Virus record (IMG/VR): IMGVR_UViG_3300020477_001447
Location: 1-64,000 of that record
Strand: one strand, 5' to 3'
DNA length: 64,000 nt
From: a virus
Under the pieces are notes generated by a model, which did not search any database, had not been told where the DNA came from, and saw only the letters and a list, made by a program, of their open reading frames with translations. Position 1 is the stretch's first letter. Each line of letters starts with the position of its first letter. Below are positions 1 through 8,821 of this stretch, one piece after another. The translations under genes and the position numbers were made by a program.

Positions 1-1
1 T

Positions 2-217
2 CATGTTATACCAAAGTCTCGCGGTGGGGGTAAAGACTGGAGCAACATTGTTGCTTGTTGTTTAAAATGTAATCAAAAAAAGGGCGCCCGAACTCCGAAA
101 GAGGCCAATATGAAATTAATAAGAAAACCTCGGCGCCCATCAATGAGAGAATGTTTACATATGTCAATTAGTTTATCTGATATTGCTAGCGACATTTGGA
201 GACCCTATTTAGGATAG
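2..217 (+). CDS. HNH endonuclease, C-terminal part (5'-truncated by window)
   Basis: Manual translation of frame +2: [39 protein letters not shown]...LG*, a classic HNH motif; absent from the ORF track. Confidence 0.85.
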   Translation, partial: HVIPKSRGGGKDWSNIVACCLKCNQKKGARTPKEANMKLIRKPRRPSMRECLHMSISLSDIASDIWRPYLG

Positions 218-231
218 GAGATAATTGTTCT

Positions 232-657
232 ATGGAAGAAATTTCTATGATAGTATCTGGTAGTTTGGTTTTATTTTCTGTTTTGCTTTTTTTATCGGCT
301 TATTTGTATCGCCGGCGCCAATTAGCAATATTTGACAAACTTGGCGAAGAAGCCCAGGCTCTTCTAGATACCCTTACAAATAAAAAGACAGAATCTGAAA
401 AACAATCTAGTGACTCTAGAGCTGTTCAAAGCGATTTGGCGAGCAGACTACAAACACCAGCATACTTAACGACCCTTTGTACAATTTTAGTAAAGCAGGC
501 CGGCGGCGAAGTAAGACTTTATGAAGAGGATTTTAATGCCTTAGCCGAAGAAGAGTTTGTTTCTGTTTTTGTTGATACGGCTGATAATAGTATCCTACTC
601 CGAATGAATTCTACTCGATTATGGAACACTACTGAAGACGAGTCAATATTCCATTAA
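232..657 (+). CDS. hypothetical protein with N-terminal transmembrane helix
   Basis: ORF 196..657; ATG 232 preferred (GGAG upstream, avoids HNH overlap); hydrophobic stretch IVSGSLVLFSVLLFLSAYLY. Confidence 0.6.
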   Translation: MEEISMIVSGSLVLFSVLLFLSAYLYRRRQLAIFDKLGEEAQALLDTLTNKKTESEKQSSDSRAVQSDLASRLQTPAYLTTLCTILVKQAGGEVRLYEEDFNALAEEEFVSVFVDTADNSILLRMNSTRLWNTTEDESIFH

Positions 658-701
658 CTTCTTTTAGTTAAAGTATTTCTATATACTATAGGAGGTACTT
701 T

Positions 702-1301
702 ATGAAAAAGTTACTACCATTTCTATTATTGATGCTGGTTGCGTGTTCTCCTTCGCAACCGTATAATGAATCCGAAGAGCCAGTAGGATCTGATGATCCT
801 GAAGATATTGCACCGATTTATGACCCAGCTGTTGATTGGGAAATATGTGGATCGAGAGAGAGCGACCATCCTTGCAATATTATAGCAGTTGATCACAATG
901 GGAATACATTTGATTTATATTCCCACTATGGATCCTTAATTGTATTAGATTTATCAACTATGTGGTGTGGGCCCTGCAATCAAGCCGGCGCTAATGCACA
1001 AAATGTACAAGACCAATACGCCTCTGAAGATTTAATTTACGCGACGTTATTAATAGAAAATAGAGAAGGCATGTCACCCAGTGAAGCCGATATACAACAA
1101 TGGGCATCTGATTTTGGAAATACAACGTCTCCTGTCATCCCGGGAGATAGAACAATGTTGACTAGCTCTGGAGGCTCTTGGGAGCTGACTAGTTGGCCAA
1201 CGTTTTGGTATATTGATAGAGAAATGGTTATCCGCGATGTCGATAAAGGATACGCTTCTCAAGAAGTCATATATTCCATTGAGTGGCTATTAACACTATA
1301 A
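702..1301 (+). CDS. thioredoxin-fold (TlpA/redoxin-like) lipoprotein
   Basis: Lipobox LVAC, WCGPC active-site motif, WPTF cis-Pro motif; GGAGG RBS. Confidence 0.8.
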   Translation: MKKLLPFLLLMLVACSPSQPYNESEEPVGSDDPEDIAPIYDPAVDWEICGSRESDHPCNIIAVDHNGNTFDLYSHYGSLIVLDLSTMWCGPCNQAGANAQNVQDQYASEDLIYATLLIENREGMSPSEADIQQWASDFGNTTSPVIPGDRTMLTSSGGSWELTSWPTFWYIDREMVIRDVDKGYASQEVIYSIEWLLTL

Positions 1302-1306
1302 AAAGC

Positions 1307-1335
1307 TTGCCTAGGCGCTGGTAATCTGCTAATAT
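1307..1335 (+). promoter_or_regulatory. sigma70-like promoter (TTGCCT-N17-TAATAT, TG-extended), probably leaderless, for uvsE
   Basis: Seen in sequence; ATG is 6 nt after the -10 and there is no SD. Confidence 0.5.
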
Positions 1336-1341
1336 ACTTAT

Positions 1342-2268
1342 ATGAAACAGATTACTAACCTAGGCTATGCCTGCATCAATTCTCAACTGTCGTCCGGACC
1401 AAAAGACCGGCGCGTAACCACCAACCGTTCTATGATCAAGCGAACGTTTAAGCAAAAGGGTCTACCCTACGCTTCGCAGCTAGCTCTTCAGAATTGCAAA
1501 GACCTTAATACGATTCTCAAATGGAATGTACAGCGAGAGATTTATTTCTATCGTATGTCTTCTGATATCTTTCCGTGGGCTAGCGAATATGATCTTTGTG
1601 AATTGCCAGATTATGAAGAGATTTGTTTTCACCTCAAGCGCGCAGGAATCTATGCTACGCAAAATAACGTAAGGTTAACTTTCCACCCGGGTCCATTCAA
1701 TGTATTGACCTCCCCTAGAGATCATGTTGTCAAAAACTGCATCAAAGATTTGAGTATTCATGGTGAAATTCTTGATATTATGGGCATGTCTAGGACGCCT
1801 TATAACAAAATCAATATTCATATTGGCGGCGCATATGGAGACAAAACTTCCGCTATGGAGAGATTTTGTAATAATTTCAACATGTTACCTGACTCTGTTA
1901 AGTCTCGCCTAACCGTCGAGAATGATGACAAGGCTAGTATGTACTCTGTCAAAGACCTTTTCTATGGTGTATACAAGGTTATCGGGATCCCTATTGTTTT
2001 TGATTATCATCATCATAAATTTTGCGATGGCGGCTTAAGCGAGCAAAAAGCTCTAGAGCTAGCACTATCAACATGGGGAGATATTACGCCTGCGGTACAT
2101 TATTCTCAATCACGCGCAGAAGAGCATAACGATCCTAGTATTCGTAAGCAAGCTCACTCAGATTCTTATTGGCTAGCCCCCGATATGTACGATCACACCT
2201 TTGATGTTATGCTAGAATGCAAACACAAAGAGGTTGGTCTTCAAAAAATGCGACTTCTTTTGTCATAA
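1342..2268 (+). CDS. uvsE: UV DNA damage endonuclease (UVDE)
   Basis: LGYACIN, YRMSSDIFPW, RLTFHPGPF, NIHIGG, LTVENDD, FDYHHH, HYSQS, HSD, MLECKHKE motifs. Confidence 0.93.
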   Translation: MKQITNLGYACINSQLSSGPKDRRVTTNRSMIKRTFKQKGLPYASQLALQNCKDLNTILKWNVQREIYFYRMSSDIFPWASEYDLCELPDYEEICFHLKRAGIYATQNNVRLTFHPGPFNVLTSPRDHVVKNCIKDLSIHGEILDIMGMSRTPYNKINIHIGGAYGDKTSAMERFCNNFNMLPDSVKSRLTVENDDKASMYSVKDLFYGVYKVIGIPIVFDYHHHKFCDGGLSEQKALELALSTWGDITPAVHYSQSRAEEHNDPSIRKQAHSDSYWLAPDMYDHTFDVMLECKHKEVGLQKMRLLLS

Positions 2269-2305
2269 AACTCGGAATATACTGAATTAATTACCTATTT
2301 AGTGT

Positions 2306-3430
2306 GTGAAAAAAGAACTAGAAATTTGGAAAAAGTTTTTAGAAGAGTCAACCGGGTCTGAATCTAATCTTTCTGAAAAGAAGAAGAAGAAAAAGAAAAA
2401 AGGCAAGAAGGACGCTTGTTACCACAAGGTTCGTTCTCGCTATAAGGTTTGGCCTTCTGCATATGCTTCTGGTGCTCTCGTAAAATGCCGTAAGGTGGGA
2501 GCTAAAAACTGGGGTAATAAGAGTAAAAAGAACGAACAAATTAACCTTTTTGAAGGCGAAGAGGGCCTAGAATCGAAGATCCGGCAAGCACTCATAGACG
2601 AGGGTGGAGCAGCCGGCATGAAGGCACTCAAGGACCATACTGAGGCGTCTGAAAGCGAGATTAAAGATGCTATCAAGAGCATGAAAGACGTAGGTCTGCA
2701 CGAAGATGGCGATTATATCCTTCAAGACGACGATGAAATTGATGTTATAAAAGAAGATCTACGGAAATGGTTCAAAAGAAAAGGAGAAAAAGGTTCCAAA
2801 GGTGGCTGGGTAGACTGTAATGCTCCAGATGGAGATGGAGGCTATAAAGAATGTGCAAGGGGAAAAAGAAAGAAATACCCCGCATGCCGCCCAACAGCTG
2901 CAGCCTGTAAAGATAAGGGCAAAGGCAAATCTTGGGGCAAAAAAGCAAAAAAGAAAAGTGTGAAGGAACAGTCGATGAATATATCTGAAGATAAGCTTAA
3001 AGCTATGATTTTTGAAGAATATCGCAGTTATTTGTATGAAACAACCATTTACCCCTATCTAACAGAAGCCACTCTAGATGATGGAACACCAGTTTGTATC
3101 GCTTGCTTACATGAACTTTTAGATGAAGCTTCCTGTGATTGCCCACATTTAGTTTATGAAGCGGAATATCGAGGTAGAAAAGTTAAGCTCAACAAGCCAA
3201 TGCGCGGAGATGTCAAGAAATTTAAAGTTTATGTCAAGGATCCGAAAACTGGAAACATAAAGAAAGTTAATTTTGGACATGGCGGGACAAGCGCGAAGAA
3301 AAAGGGTGAAAAAACCATGAAGATTCGGAAGAACAACCCTAAAGCTAGAAAAAGTTTTCGGGCCCGACATAATTGCAAAAACCCAGGTCCGAAGACAAAG
3401 GCACGATACTGGTCGTGCAAAAAATGGTAG
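2306..3430 (+). CDS. multi-module basic phage protein (C-terminal DUF6321-like domain), putative head-internal protein
   Basis: Modules DACYHKVRSRYKVWPSAYASG, LRKWF..WVDC, EAEYRGRKVKLNKP...RKSFRARHNC...ARYWSC, recalled from T4-like marine phage proteins. Confidence 0.6.
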   Translation: MKKELEIWKKFLEESTGSESNLSEKKKKKKKKGKKDACYHKVRSRYKVWPSAYASGALVKCRKVGAKNWGNKSKKNEQINLFEGEEGLESKIRQALIDEGGAAGMKALKDHTEASESEIKDAIKSMKDVGLHEDGDYILQDDDEIDVIKEDLRKWFKRKGEKGSKGGWVDCNAPDGDGGYKECARGKRKKYPACRPTAAACKDKGKGKSWGKKAKKKSVKEQSMNISEDKLKAMIFEEYRSYLYETTIYPYLTEATLDDGTPVCIACLHELLDEASCDCPHLVYEAEYRGRKVKLNKPMRGDVKKFKVYVKDPKTGNIKKVNFGHGGTSAKKKGEKTMKIRKNNPKARKSFRARHNCKNPGPKTKARYWSCKKW

Positions 3431-3439
3431 GAAATTAAT

Positions 3440-4063
3440 ATGAAGATTATAATGGAAAATTGGAAGAGGTTCTTAAATGAAGAGCAACTTGATCCTAAGT
3501 TAGACAATGAGATTAAGAATAATGTTTTGAAATCTGGAGGGTTCAAGTTGAAAACCCGCATTCAGATGGCAACCAGCGTCCCACAGGGCAAAGATATGTA
3601 TTCTAAAATTTTAGCCGCCTTGCAACAGGGTGCCTACGGAGAGCCCGGTAAAAAGAAAGCCGAAGAGATCGCAGCATTTGAACTTGGACTAGTACCAGCC
3701 GAGGGAGAGTGGACTGCCCCCGAGGGGAATGCTGGGCCACAGGTGGAAGGAAAGCCGGCGAACAAAGAATATTATCGCATGCATATCATGCCATCTTATG
3801 AGGCGTTCCAAGATCTTGGCAGTGACCCGCTTAAGTTTGGGGATTATATTAAAAATCGATTTAAGAATGAATCAGCACCATATATTCAGTTCACAAACGA
3901 GGTGAGAAAGTTGCGTGAGTTTGGACTTGAAGGAGAGGAGAACGCCGGCGTACGATTCAACCGCCTAGGCGCAAACCATCCAGAGCAGAAGCTTCGACAG
4001 CAAGCCCTTAATATGCTTAATGCGCTGCAGAAGTCTGGGTTGAAGACCACAGAGATGCGATAA
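3440..4063 (+). CDS. hypothetical protein with MKIIMENWKRFLNEE leader
   Basis: 207 aa ORF; leader shared with neighbours. Confidence 0.65.
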   Translation: MKIIMENWKRFLNEEQLDPKLDNEIKNNVLKSGGFKLKTRIQMATSVPQGKDMYSKILAALQQGAYGEPGKKKAEEIAAFELGLVPAEGEWTAPEGNAGPQVEGKPANKEYYRMHIMPSYEAFQDLGSDPLKFGDYIKNRFKNESAPYIQFTNEVRKLREFGLEGEENAGVRFNRLGANHPEQKLRQQALNMLNALQKSGLKTTEMR

Positions 4064-4515
4064 TGAAACTCCTACTTGAAAATTGGCGAAAATTTTTAAC
4101 AGAAGTGAAGAAGCTTGTTTGCCCACCGGCAACACAAGATCTTGAATTAAATACAGAAAATAGAAATTCTGCAATTCAAGCTGAACATATTCAATATGGT
4201 CCGTTAAACTTATCGGACGAAGAGTATTGGGAAGGTGCTGCAAAGCACTGGAATACTAAACCAGAGGTAGCTAAAAAGTCTCGTTGTGGCAATTGTGTTG
4301 CATTTGACATATCACCAAGGATGCTAGAATGTTTACCTGGGCCCATATCTGAACCTATTGAGGATAAAGAGGGGCGCCTAGGTTATTGTTGGATGCATCA
4401 CTTCAAGTGTCATAGCGCGCGCTCATGTTACACCTGGGCCGGCGGTGGGCCAATTTCTGTCGATAGCATTTCAGAGGAGTGGCAAAACAAAAACAAATTC
4501 CCAGAAGAGGAATAA
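4063..4515 (+). CDS. Cys/His-rich phage protein with MKLLLENWRKFLTE leader
   Basis: CPPATQD..N..NR..AI...YGP, CGNC, C..HHFKC....C motifs; TAATG coupling to upstream gene. Confidence 0.65.
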   Translation: MKLLLENWRKFLTEVKKLVCPPATQDLELNTENRNSAIQAEHIQYGPLNLSDEEYWEGAAKHWNTKPEVAKKSRCGNCVAFDISPRMLECLPGPISEPIEDKEGRLGYCWMHHFKCHSARSCYTWAGGGPISVDSISEEWQNKNKFPEEE

Positions 4516-4694
4516 TGTCGCTATTAAAACATCAAGCTTATGTTAAACTACCGGACTGGGCATGGCCTATAGTCGTAGATGTTTTGTCGAAAGATGAAAA
4601 AAAAGGAACAGTTAAGATATCCTATTACTGTGATCTTCACGAAAGACGGCGTGAGGAAACCATCCCATCTAGTTGGATTTTAAAACAAAGTTAA
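4515..4694 (+). CDS. small hypothetical protein
   Basis: ATG overlaps upstream TAA (TAATG); 59 aa. Confidence 0.5.
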   Translation: MSLLKHQAYVKLPDWAWPIVVDVLSKDEKKGTVKISYYCDLHERRREETIPSSWILKQS

Positions 4695-4750
4695 TTAATT
4701 ATTGTTAATCTAATAAAGTGTGTTATTCTATATATTATAGGGGGTAGCTA

Positions 4751-5179
4751 ATGCTATTAGATTTGTTTTTTCTTGCACTAGGACATGTTTCTGGGGCATT
4801 TATTCTTTATTTAAATCATCGTTTTGTTTTTCATGGCCGGTTGGGAAAAATCTTTTTTCTTAAACCCGGAAGGCTGCTTCATGCTAGGCACCATGCTCAC
4901 GCTTATGATAGACGAAGAAACAACTATATAAAAGCACCATTGTGGGGAGCATTAGCAATAAGTTCTTTAATCTTATTATCTGGTCTTGCTATCCACTGGT
5001 TTTTTGCTTTAGGCTTACTTACTTTCTCAATGCTCTATTCTCGACGCCATGAAGCCATTCACAATAGGGATAATTATTCTGAATTTTACCATCATCACAA
5101 GATACACCATGAAAACCCAAAAGTGAATTTCTCAGGTATATACCCGACTATCGATAAAATATTTGGCACAAGTAAGTAA
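4751..5179 (+). CDS. fatty acid hydroxylase/sterol desaturase-family membrane protein
   Basis: His boxes HRFVFH, HARHH, HEAIH, HHKIHH; TM segments; C-terminal NF.....D.IFGT. Confidence 0.75.
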   Translation: MLLDLFFLALGHVSGAFILYLNHRFVFHGRLGKIFFLKPGRLLHARHHAHAYDRRRNNYIKAPLWGALAISSLILLSGLAIHWFFALGLLTFSMLYSRRHEAIHNRDNYSEFYHHHKIHHENPKVNFSGIYPTIDKIFGTSK

Positions 5180-5244
5180 TTTTTCTTAAGTTTTGGTCTG
5201 AAAAACACTAATTATAGTGTTGCACAATTATAGGGGCTAAAACT

Positions 5245-5919
5245 GTGAAAGTTACAATCAATAAAGCAGATCAATTAATCAACGAACTAGGTCCAGCCGA
5301 ACCAGTACGAGATCCGCGCCCGTCGACAGACGAAGAAGGCTTCTTAAGCGCTCAAGAAGAGGATGCTTTAGAGAGAGAAAATGAAGAAATCATTGCTAAA
5401 GCTGATCTAGTAGTACAAGAACTTACTGAAGACGAAGGGTACGAAAGCGTTGCGGCCTTTTTACAAGATTATAAGGCCGACTCCCCAGAAGAGTTTATGA
5501 GAATGCAGCGTGAAGCTCTGGGCCCGTTTGAGTTTCATGAGAGATATTATATTGACGATTACATTTACTTGGAAGAAACAATTAATATTTCGCACACACA
5601 ATTAAATGATATTATTCAAGAAGAAATAAAAGAAGCAACAAAGTTTTCTCCGGAAAAGGCAGTGTATACCACAGATGACGGTGAGAAGAAAGATACTCGG
5701 CGCGTACACCAAAGCCGGCTTACAAACATAAGAAGAGAAGACTTATCAAATCAGATTAAGCAAAGAAGAATGGAAAGACAAAGATTAAAAGAAGAAGCCC
5801 TAGCTGATATTCAAGATTTGGCTTCCCGCATGCGCGGCGACATTGAAAAGTTAGCCAAAGAAGCAGGAATAACTCCTGAAGCGCTTCTTGCTCTTATTGG
5901 CAAAGAATTAACACAATAA
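5245..5919 (+). CDS. acidic hypothetical protein
   Basis: 224 aa ORF; internal leader-like segment INISHTQLNDIIQEEI. Confidence 0.6.
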   Translation: MKVTINKADQLINELGPAEPVRDPRPSTDEEGFLSAQEEDALERENEEIIAKADLVVQELTEDEGYESVAAFLQDYKADSPEEFMRMQREALGPFEFHERYYIDDYIYLEETINISHTQLNDIIQEEIKEATKFSPEKAVYTTDDGEKKDTRRVHQSRLTNIRREDLSNQIKQRRMERQRLKEEALADIQDLASRMRGDIEKLAKEAGITPEALLALIGKELTQ

Positions 5920-5933
5920 AAAGGATTTATAAG

Positions 5934-6074
5934 ATGAGAGAATTACTACAAGACGTATTAGAATTATCAAAGCGATTAGTTTTACTTAAGCAGCCTAGAG
6001 AAGCTTACGTTGTATTAGCTGCAACTGGACTTTCCGGTTTTATCGCAGGGCTTATTGCAGCTGCCAGCCTATAG
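5934..6074 (+). CDS. small membrane protein (46 aa)
   Basis: Manual translation MRELLQDVLELSKRLVLLKQPREAYVVLAATGLSGFIAGLIAAASL*; AAGGA upstream; fills the intergenic gap. Confidence 0.55.
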   Translation: MRELLQDVLELSKRLVLLKQPREAYVVLAATGLSGFIAGLIAAASL

Positions 6075-6084
6075 GAACAATATC

Positions 6085-6471
6085 ATGAAAATCACCAAAC
6101 AAAGACTAAAAGAGATTATCAAGGAAGAACTCAGCGAAATGGATCTTCCCACATATAAGGGTGATCCCTTCGGTGAGTACGACCTAGAAGCAGAGAACAA
6201 GAAGGGCCGGCAAGAGGAGCTTGCTAATTATCTGTTAAAAATGTATCAGGATCTCTCCGAAACCGGAGATGTCATGACGATCAGAGAGATTATTCAGGAT
6301 AACTTTAACTCAGCTCTTAAAGACGCAGAGGACGCGTTCTTAGGTGATGACGACGAAGTGAGTGATGAAGATGCTCTTGTTCTTAAAGGCCCGAAGTATG
6401 ATCCACTCGGCGATTCTTTGGCCGCACGACGCTTGCGAGCAATTGCACGCCGAAAAGACGGAGACAAATAA
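6085..6471 (+). CDS. MKITKQRLKEIIKEE-leader protein 1
   Basis: ATG 6085 with AGGA upstream; leader matches the next three genes. Confidence 0.75.
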   Translation: MKITKQRLKEIIKEELSEMDLPTYKGDPFGEYDLEAENKKGRQEELANYLLKMYQDLSETGDVMTIREIIQDNFNSALKDAEDAFLGDDDEVSDEDALVLKGPKYDPLGDSLAARRLRAIARRKDGDK

Positions 6472-6752
6472 TGAAAATTACAAAGCAAAGACTAAAAGAG
6501 ATTATCAAGGAAGAGCTTTCGAACGTTCTCTCCGAAATGAAGGAAAATGACTATCATGATGACTATCATGCTGTTCGCTTGAGGCTACAAGTAGAATATG
6601 GTGTTGATGATGCCTCGATGGAACTAATAAAGGCTGTCTATAAGATTTGGCCAGATTTTGCAACAGAAGCAGTAGAGGTCCCACACAAGATAGACCAGGC
6701 TATTAAGATGGCCATCCGAGAAACCGAAGCGTCGGGAAGGCTGGTAAAGTGA
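6471..6752 (+). CDS. MKITKQRLKEIIKEE-leader protein 2
   Basis: TAATG coupled; 93 aa. Confidence 0.75.
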   Translation: MKITKQRLKEIIKEELSNVLSEMKENDYHDDYHAVRLRLQVEYGVDDASMELIKAVYKIWPDFATEAVEVPHKIDQAIKMAIRETEASGRLVK

Positions 6753-6985
6753 AAATCACCAAACAAAGACTTAAAGAGATTATCAAGGAAGAGCTTCTGG
6801 AACGTCTGGGTGCGCGCGACAGAGATAAATTGGTATCCCGAATAAAAAGGCTTCTTTTGCATTCCACTATTGATGAGGAAGGGTTTGCAGCTCTAACGAG
6901 ACTGGTTCACAACCTAGAAAAGCAATATCCTATACCTGAAAGAAGGCCCAGGCGAGGCGAAGTTCAGTTTTTTGAGGAAGAATAA
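6749..6985 (+). CDS. MKITKQRLKEIIKEE-leader protein 3
   Basis: GTGA overlap; 78 aa. Confidence 0.75.
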   Translation: MKITKQRLKEIIKEELLERLGARDRDKLVSRIKRLLLHSTIDEEGFAALTRLVHNLEKQYPIPERRPRRGEVQFFEEE

Positions 6986-7416
6986 TGAAAATCACCAAAC
7001 AAAGACTAAAAGAGATTATCAAGGAAGAGTTTCTAAGGGGGTATCTTGAAAATCTAACCGAAGCGCAGCACAAAGAGCTGCCGGCAAAAGTACATGCTAA
7101 AGCGAAAATGCTACAGTCAGAAGAAGGTTATGAAAAAGATCAAGCATATGCAATTGCCATTAGCAAGCTTGGATTAGAACAAGAGGGTAGGTTGGGAGGC
7201 TTTAGAGTAGAAAGAGAGCACCTCATTCGTGCCGGATTACCAGCTAATCTAGTCAATAAAGGGTTTTTTGATCTTCTACAGAACAATCTTCAGCTCGTCA
7301 GTGCTGACCGGGCGATGCGGGCTATTCAAGCCGCGCTGCGGGATCCCAACGGTCGGAAAGCTGCGATGAGCGGTTCTGCGAATACTTTATTACAATTAGT
7401 AAAGGCTAAGTTATAA
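6985..7416 (+). CDS. MKITKQRLKEIIKEE-leader protein 4
   Basis: TAATG coupled; contains DQAYAIAIS motif. Confidence 0.75.
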   Translation: MKITKQRLKEIIKEEFLRGYLENLTEAQHKELPAKVHAKAKMLQSEEGYEKDQAYAIAISKLGLEQEGRLGGFRVEREHLIRAGLPANLVNKGFFDLLQNNLQLVSADRAMRAIQAALRDPNGRKAAMSGSANTLLQLVKAKL

Positions 7417-7420
7417 TATT

Positions 7421-7906
7421 ATGAAATACTCCATGTCAAAGTTGAGAGCTATAGTTAAAGAAGAACTCTTCTATAGAGAGTTTCATCGAAAAACTGAAGA
7501 ATTAACAGAAGCTTCTGAAGAAGAGACTGTCCGTCAAGATACTTTGGCCGTTCACAAACAAAAGCGCGCAGAGAAGGCGGCGAAGCAACATGCAGCTGAC
7601 CGAAAGGTTAAGGCTCAAAAGTTTGCAACAAAAAGCGCAAAATTTGATGCGGAACAAAAAGAAATCAAAAATTCAGGTAAATGGTGGCTAGCAGGTCTAT
7701 CTAGATCCATTTATATTCCCAACAGCATTGACCGTGATCGAATAAAGGATTGGTTAGTATTTTATGCCGGGGACTATATACCTAGTACAGATTTGAATGA
7801 TATATTTTATGTTTACGAGCCAGACCCTGTAGACCTTATCAATCCAGTGTTTAGATGGATCCCCGGGGAAGAAAAAATGTTAGATGTACCGAGCTTAAAG
7901 GATTAA
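7421..7906 (+). CDS. hypothetical protein with divergent leader MKYSMSKLRAIVKEEL
   Basis: 161 aa ORF. Confidence 0.65.
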   Translation: MKYSMSKLRAIVKEELFYREFHRKTEELTEASEEETVRQDTLAVHKQKRAEKAAKQHAADRKVKAQKFATKSAKFDAEQKEIKNSGKWWLAGLSRSIYIPNSIDRDRIKDWLVFYAGDYIPSTDLNDIFYVYEPDPVDLINPVFRWIPGEEKMLDVPSLKD

Positions 7907-7908
7907 AA

Positions 7909-8376
7909 ATGAAAACTACAAAAGCAAGATTATTACAATTAATTAAAGAAGAACTTGAAGTTATTTTAACAGATGACGAAGCTGTTGAATTATTCGGTGA
8001 TGAAATTAAAGAACAAATTAATGAATTTAACGGCGGAATTATGAGCGCCGATGATGTTCCTTTTGTACCACTTCGTCAGTCCCCACGGGGTGATTTAGAA
8101 GACGAGCGTGTACCAGCAGATGATCTTTATGATGAGGTCTTTGCTGCTAGACAAGCCGTAGACAACGCTGTGCGCCTCTTAGACAACCCAGAATACGATG
8201 CGGTATATGAGATGGTTCAGCAAGCATTCAACTGCCTAGGAAACGCCATGAACGCCCTTATTGAGCACGGAGCCAATCCCCCACAAGATAAAAGAACAGT
8301 AGCTCAAGCTCCTGGGTCTAAGGAAGACTCTGAGATGCGAAAACTTACCTACATTGGAGAAGACGAACAAAAATAA
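7909..8376 (+). CDS. hypothetical protein with divergent leader MKTTKARLLQLIKEEL
   Basis: ATG 7909 follows the upstream stop and AAGGA; preferred over 7855. Confidence 0.65.
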   Translation: MKTTKARLLQLIKEELEVILTDDEAVELFGDEIKEQINEFNGGIMSADDVPFVPLRQSPRGDLEDERVPADDLYDEVFAARQAVDNAVRLLDNPEYDAVYEMVQQAFNCLGNAMNALIEHGANPPQDKRTVAQAPGSKEDSEMRKLTYIGEDEQK

Positions 8377-8407
8377 TTTACTTTTTTGTTCTAATTCGTT
8401 TTAGCCA

Positions 8408-8509
8408 ATGATTTCATTTGCTTCCGAACATGCGAATTTAATATTAGTTATATTCCTCTTCTTGCTTTCTCTTTTTTTATTTCCTGAAGATAAAAAGAAC
8501 CATAGTTAA
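8408..8509 (+). CDS. possible 33-aa membrane peptide
   Basis: MISFASEHANLILVIFLFLLSLFLFPEDKKNHS*; no clear RBS. Confidence 0.25.
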   Translation: MISFASEHANLILVIFLFLLSLFLFPEDKKNHS

Positions 8510-8537
8510 ACTGTTAACTCAGGAGGCTTATGGAGAA

Positions 8538-8801
8538 ATGGCCAGACGAAAAATAATGCACCCCTTTAGGATATCACTGGGCGATGTAGTTTCAGATGTT
8601 GCATCAGCATATTTGGGATTACCGGAAAAGGTTGGTATCGTGATTGAACGAAAAGTTAAAAATAAGATAAACTTTTATCATGTGGTCTGGATAGGATATA
8701 CAAACAAGGACAATGAAGCGCAGGTGACAAAAGACCCTGGATCACCAGAATGGATGCCAGAATCTTCATTAGAAGTGCTTGTTTCTGCAATTAACGAATA
8801 G
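8538..8801 (+). CDS. small SH3/KOW-like beta-barrel hypothetical protein
   Basis: GDVV...VGIVIE...YHVVW...W.PES.LEV pattern; GGAG RBS. Confidence 0.55.
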   Translation: MARRKIMHPFRISLGDVVSDVASAYLGLPEKVGIVIERKVKNKINFYHVVWIGYTNKDNEAQVTKDPGSPEWMPESSLEVLVSAINE

Positions 8802-8821
8802 TTACTATAGGGGGCCAACGA

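Larger units (their letters stand above)
6085..7032 (+). repeat. four copies of a ~48-bp coding repeat (6085, 6471, 6749, 6985) encoding MKITKQRLKEIIKEE(L/F)
   Basis: Consensus atgaaaatcaccaaacaaagactaaaagagattatcaaggaaga; copies 1 and 4 are identical over 44 nt; differences within codons 2-15 are synonymous and copy 3 starts GTG. Confidence 0.95.

Noticed and set aside
6085-7032. Repeats as a CRISPR array
   Set aside because: Intervening segments are ~190-340 bp of unequal length, the repeats are in-frame coding with synonymous variation, and there is no cas operon
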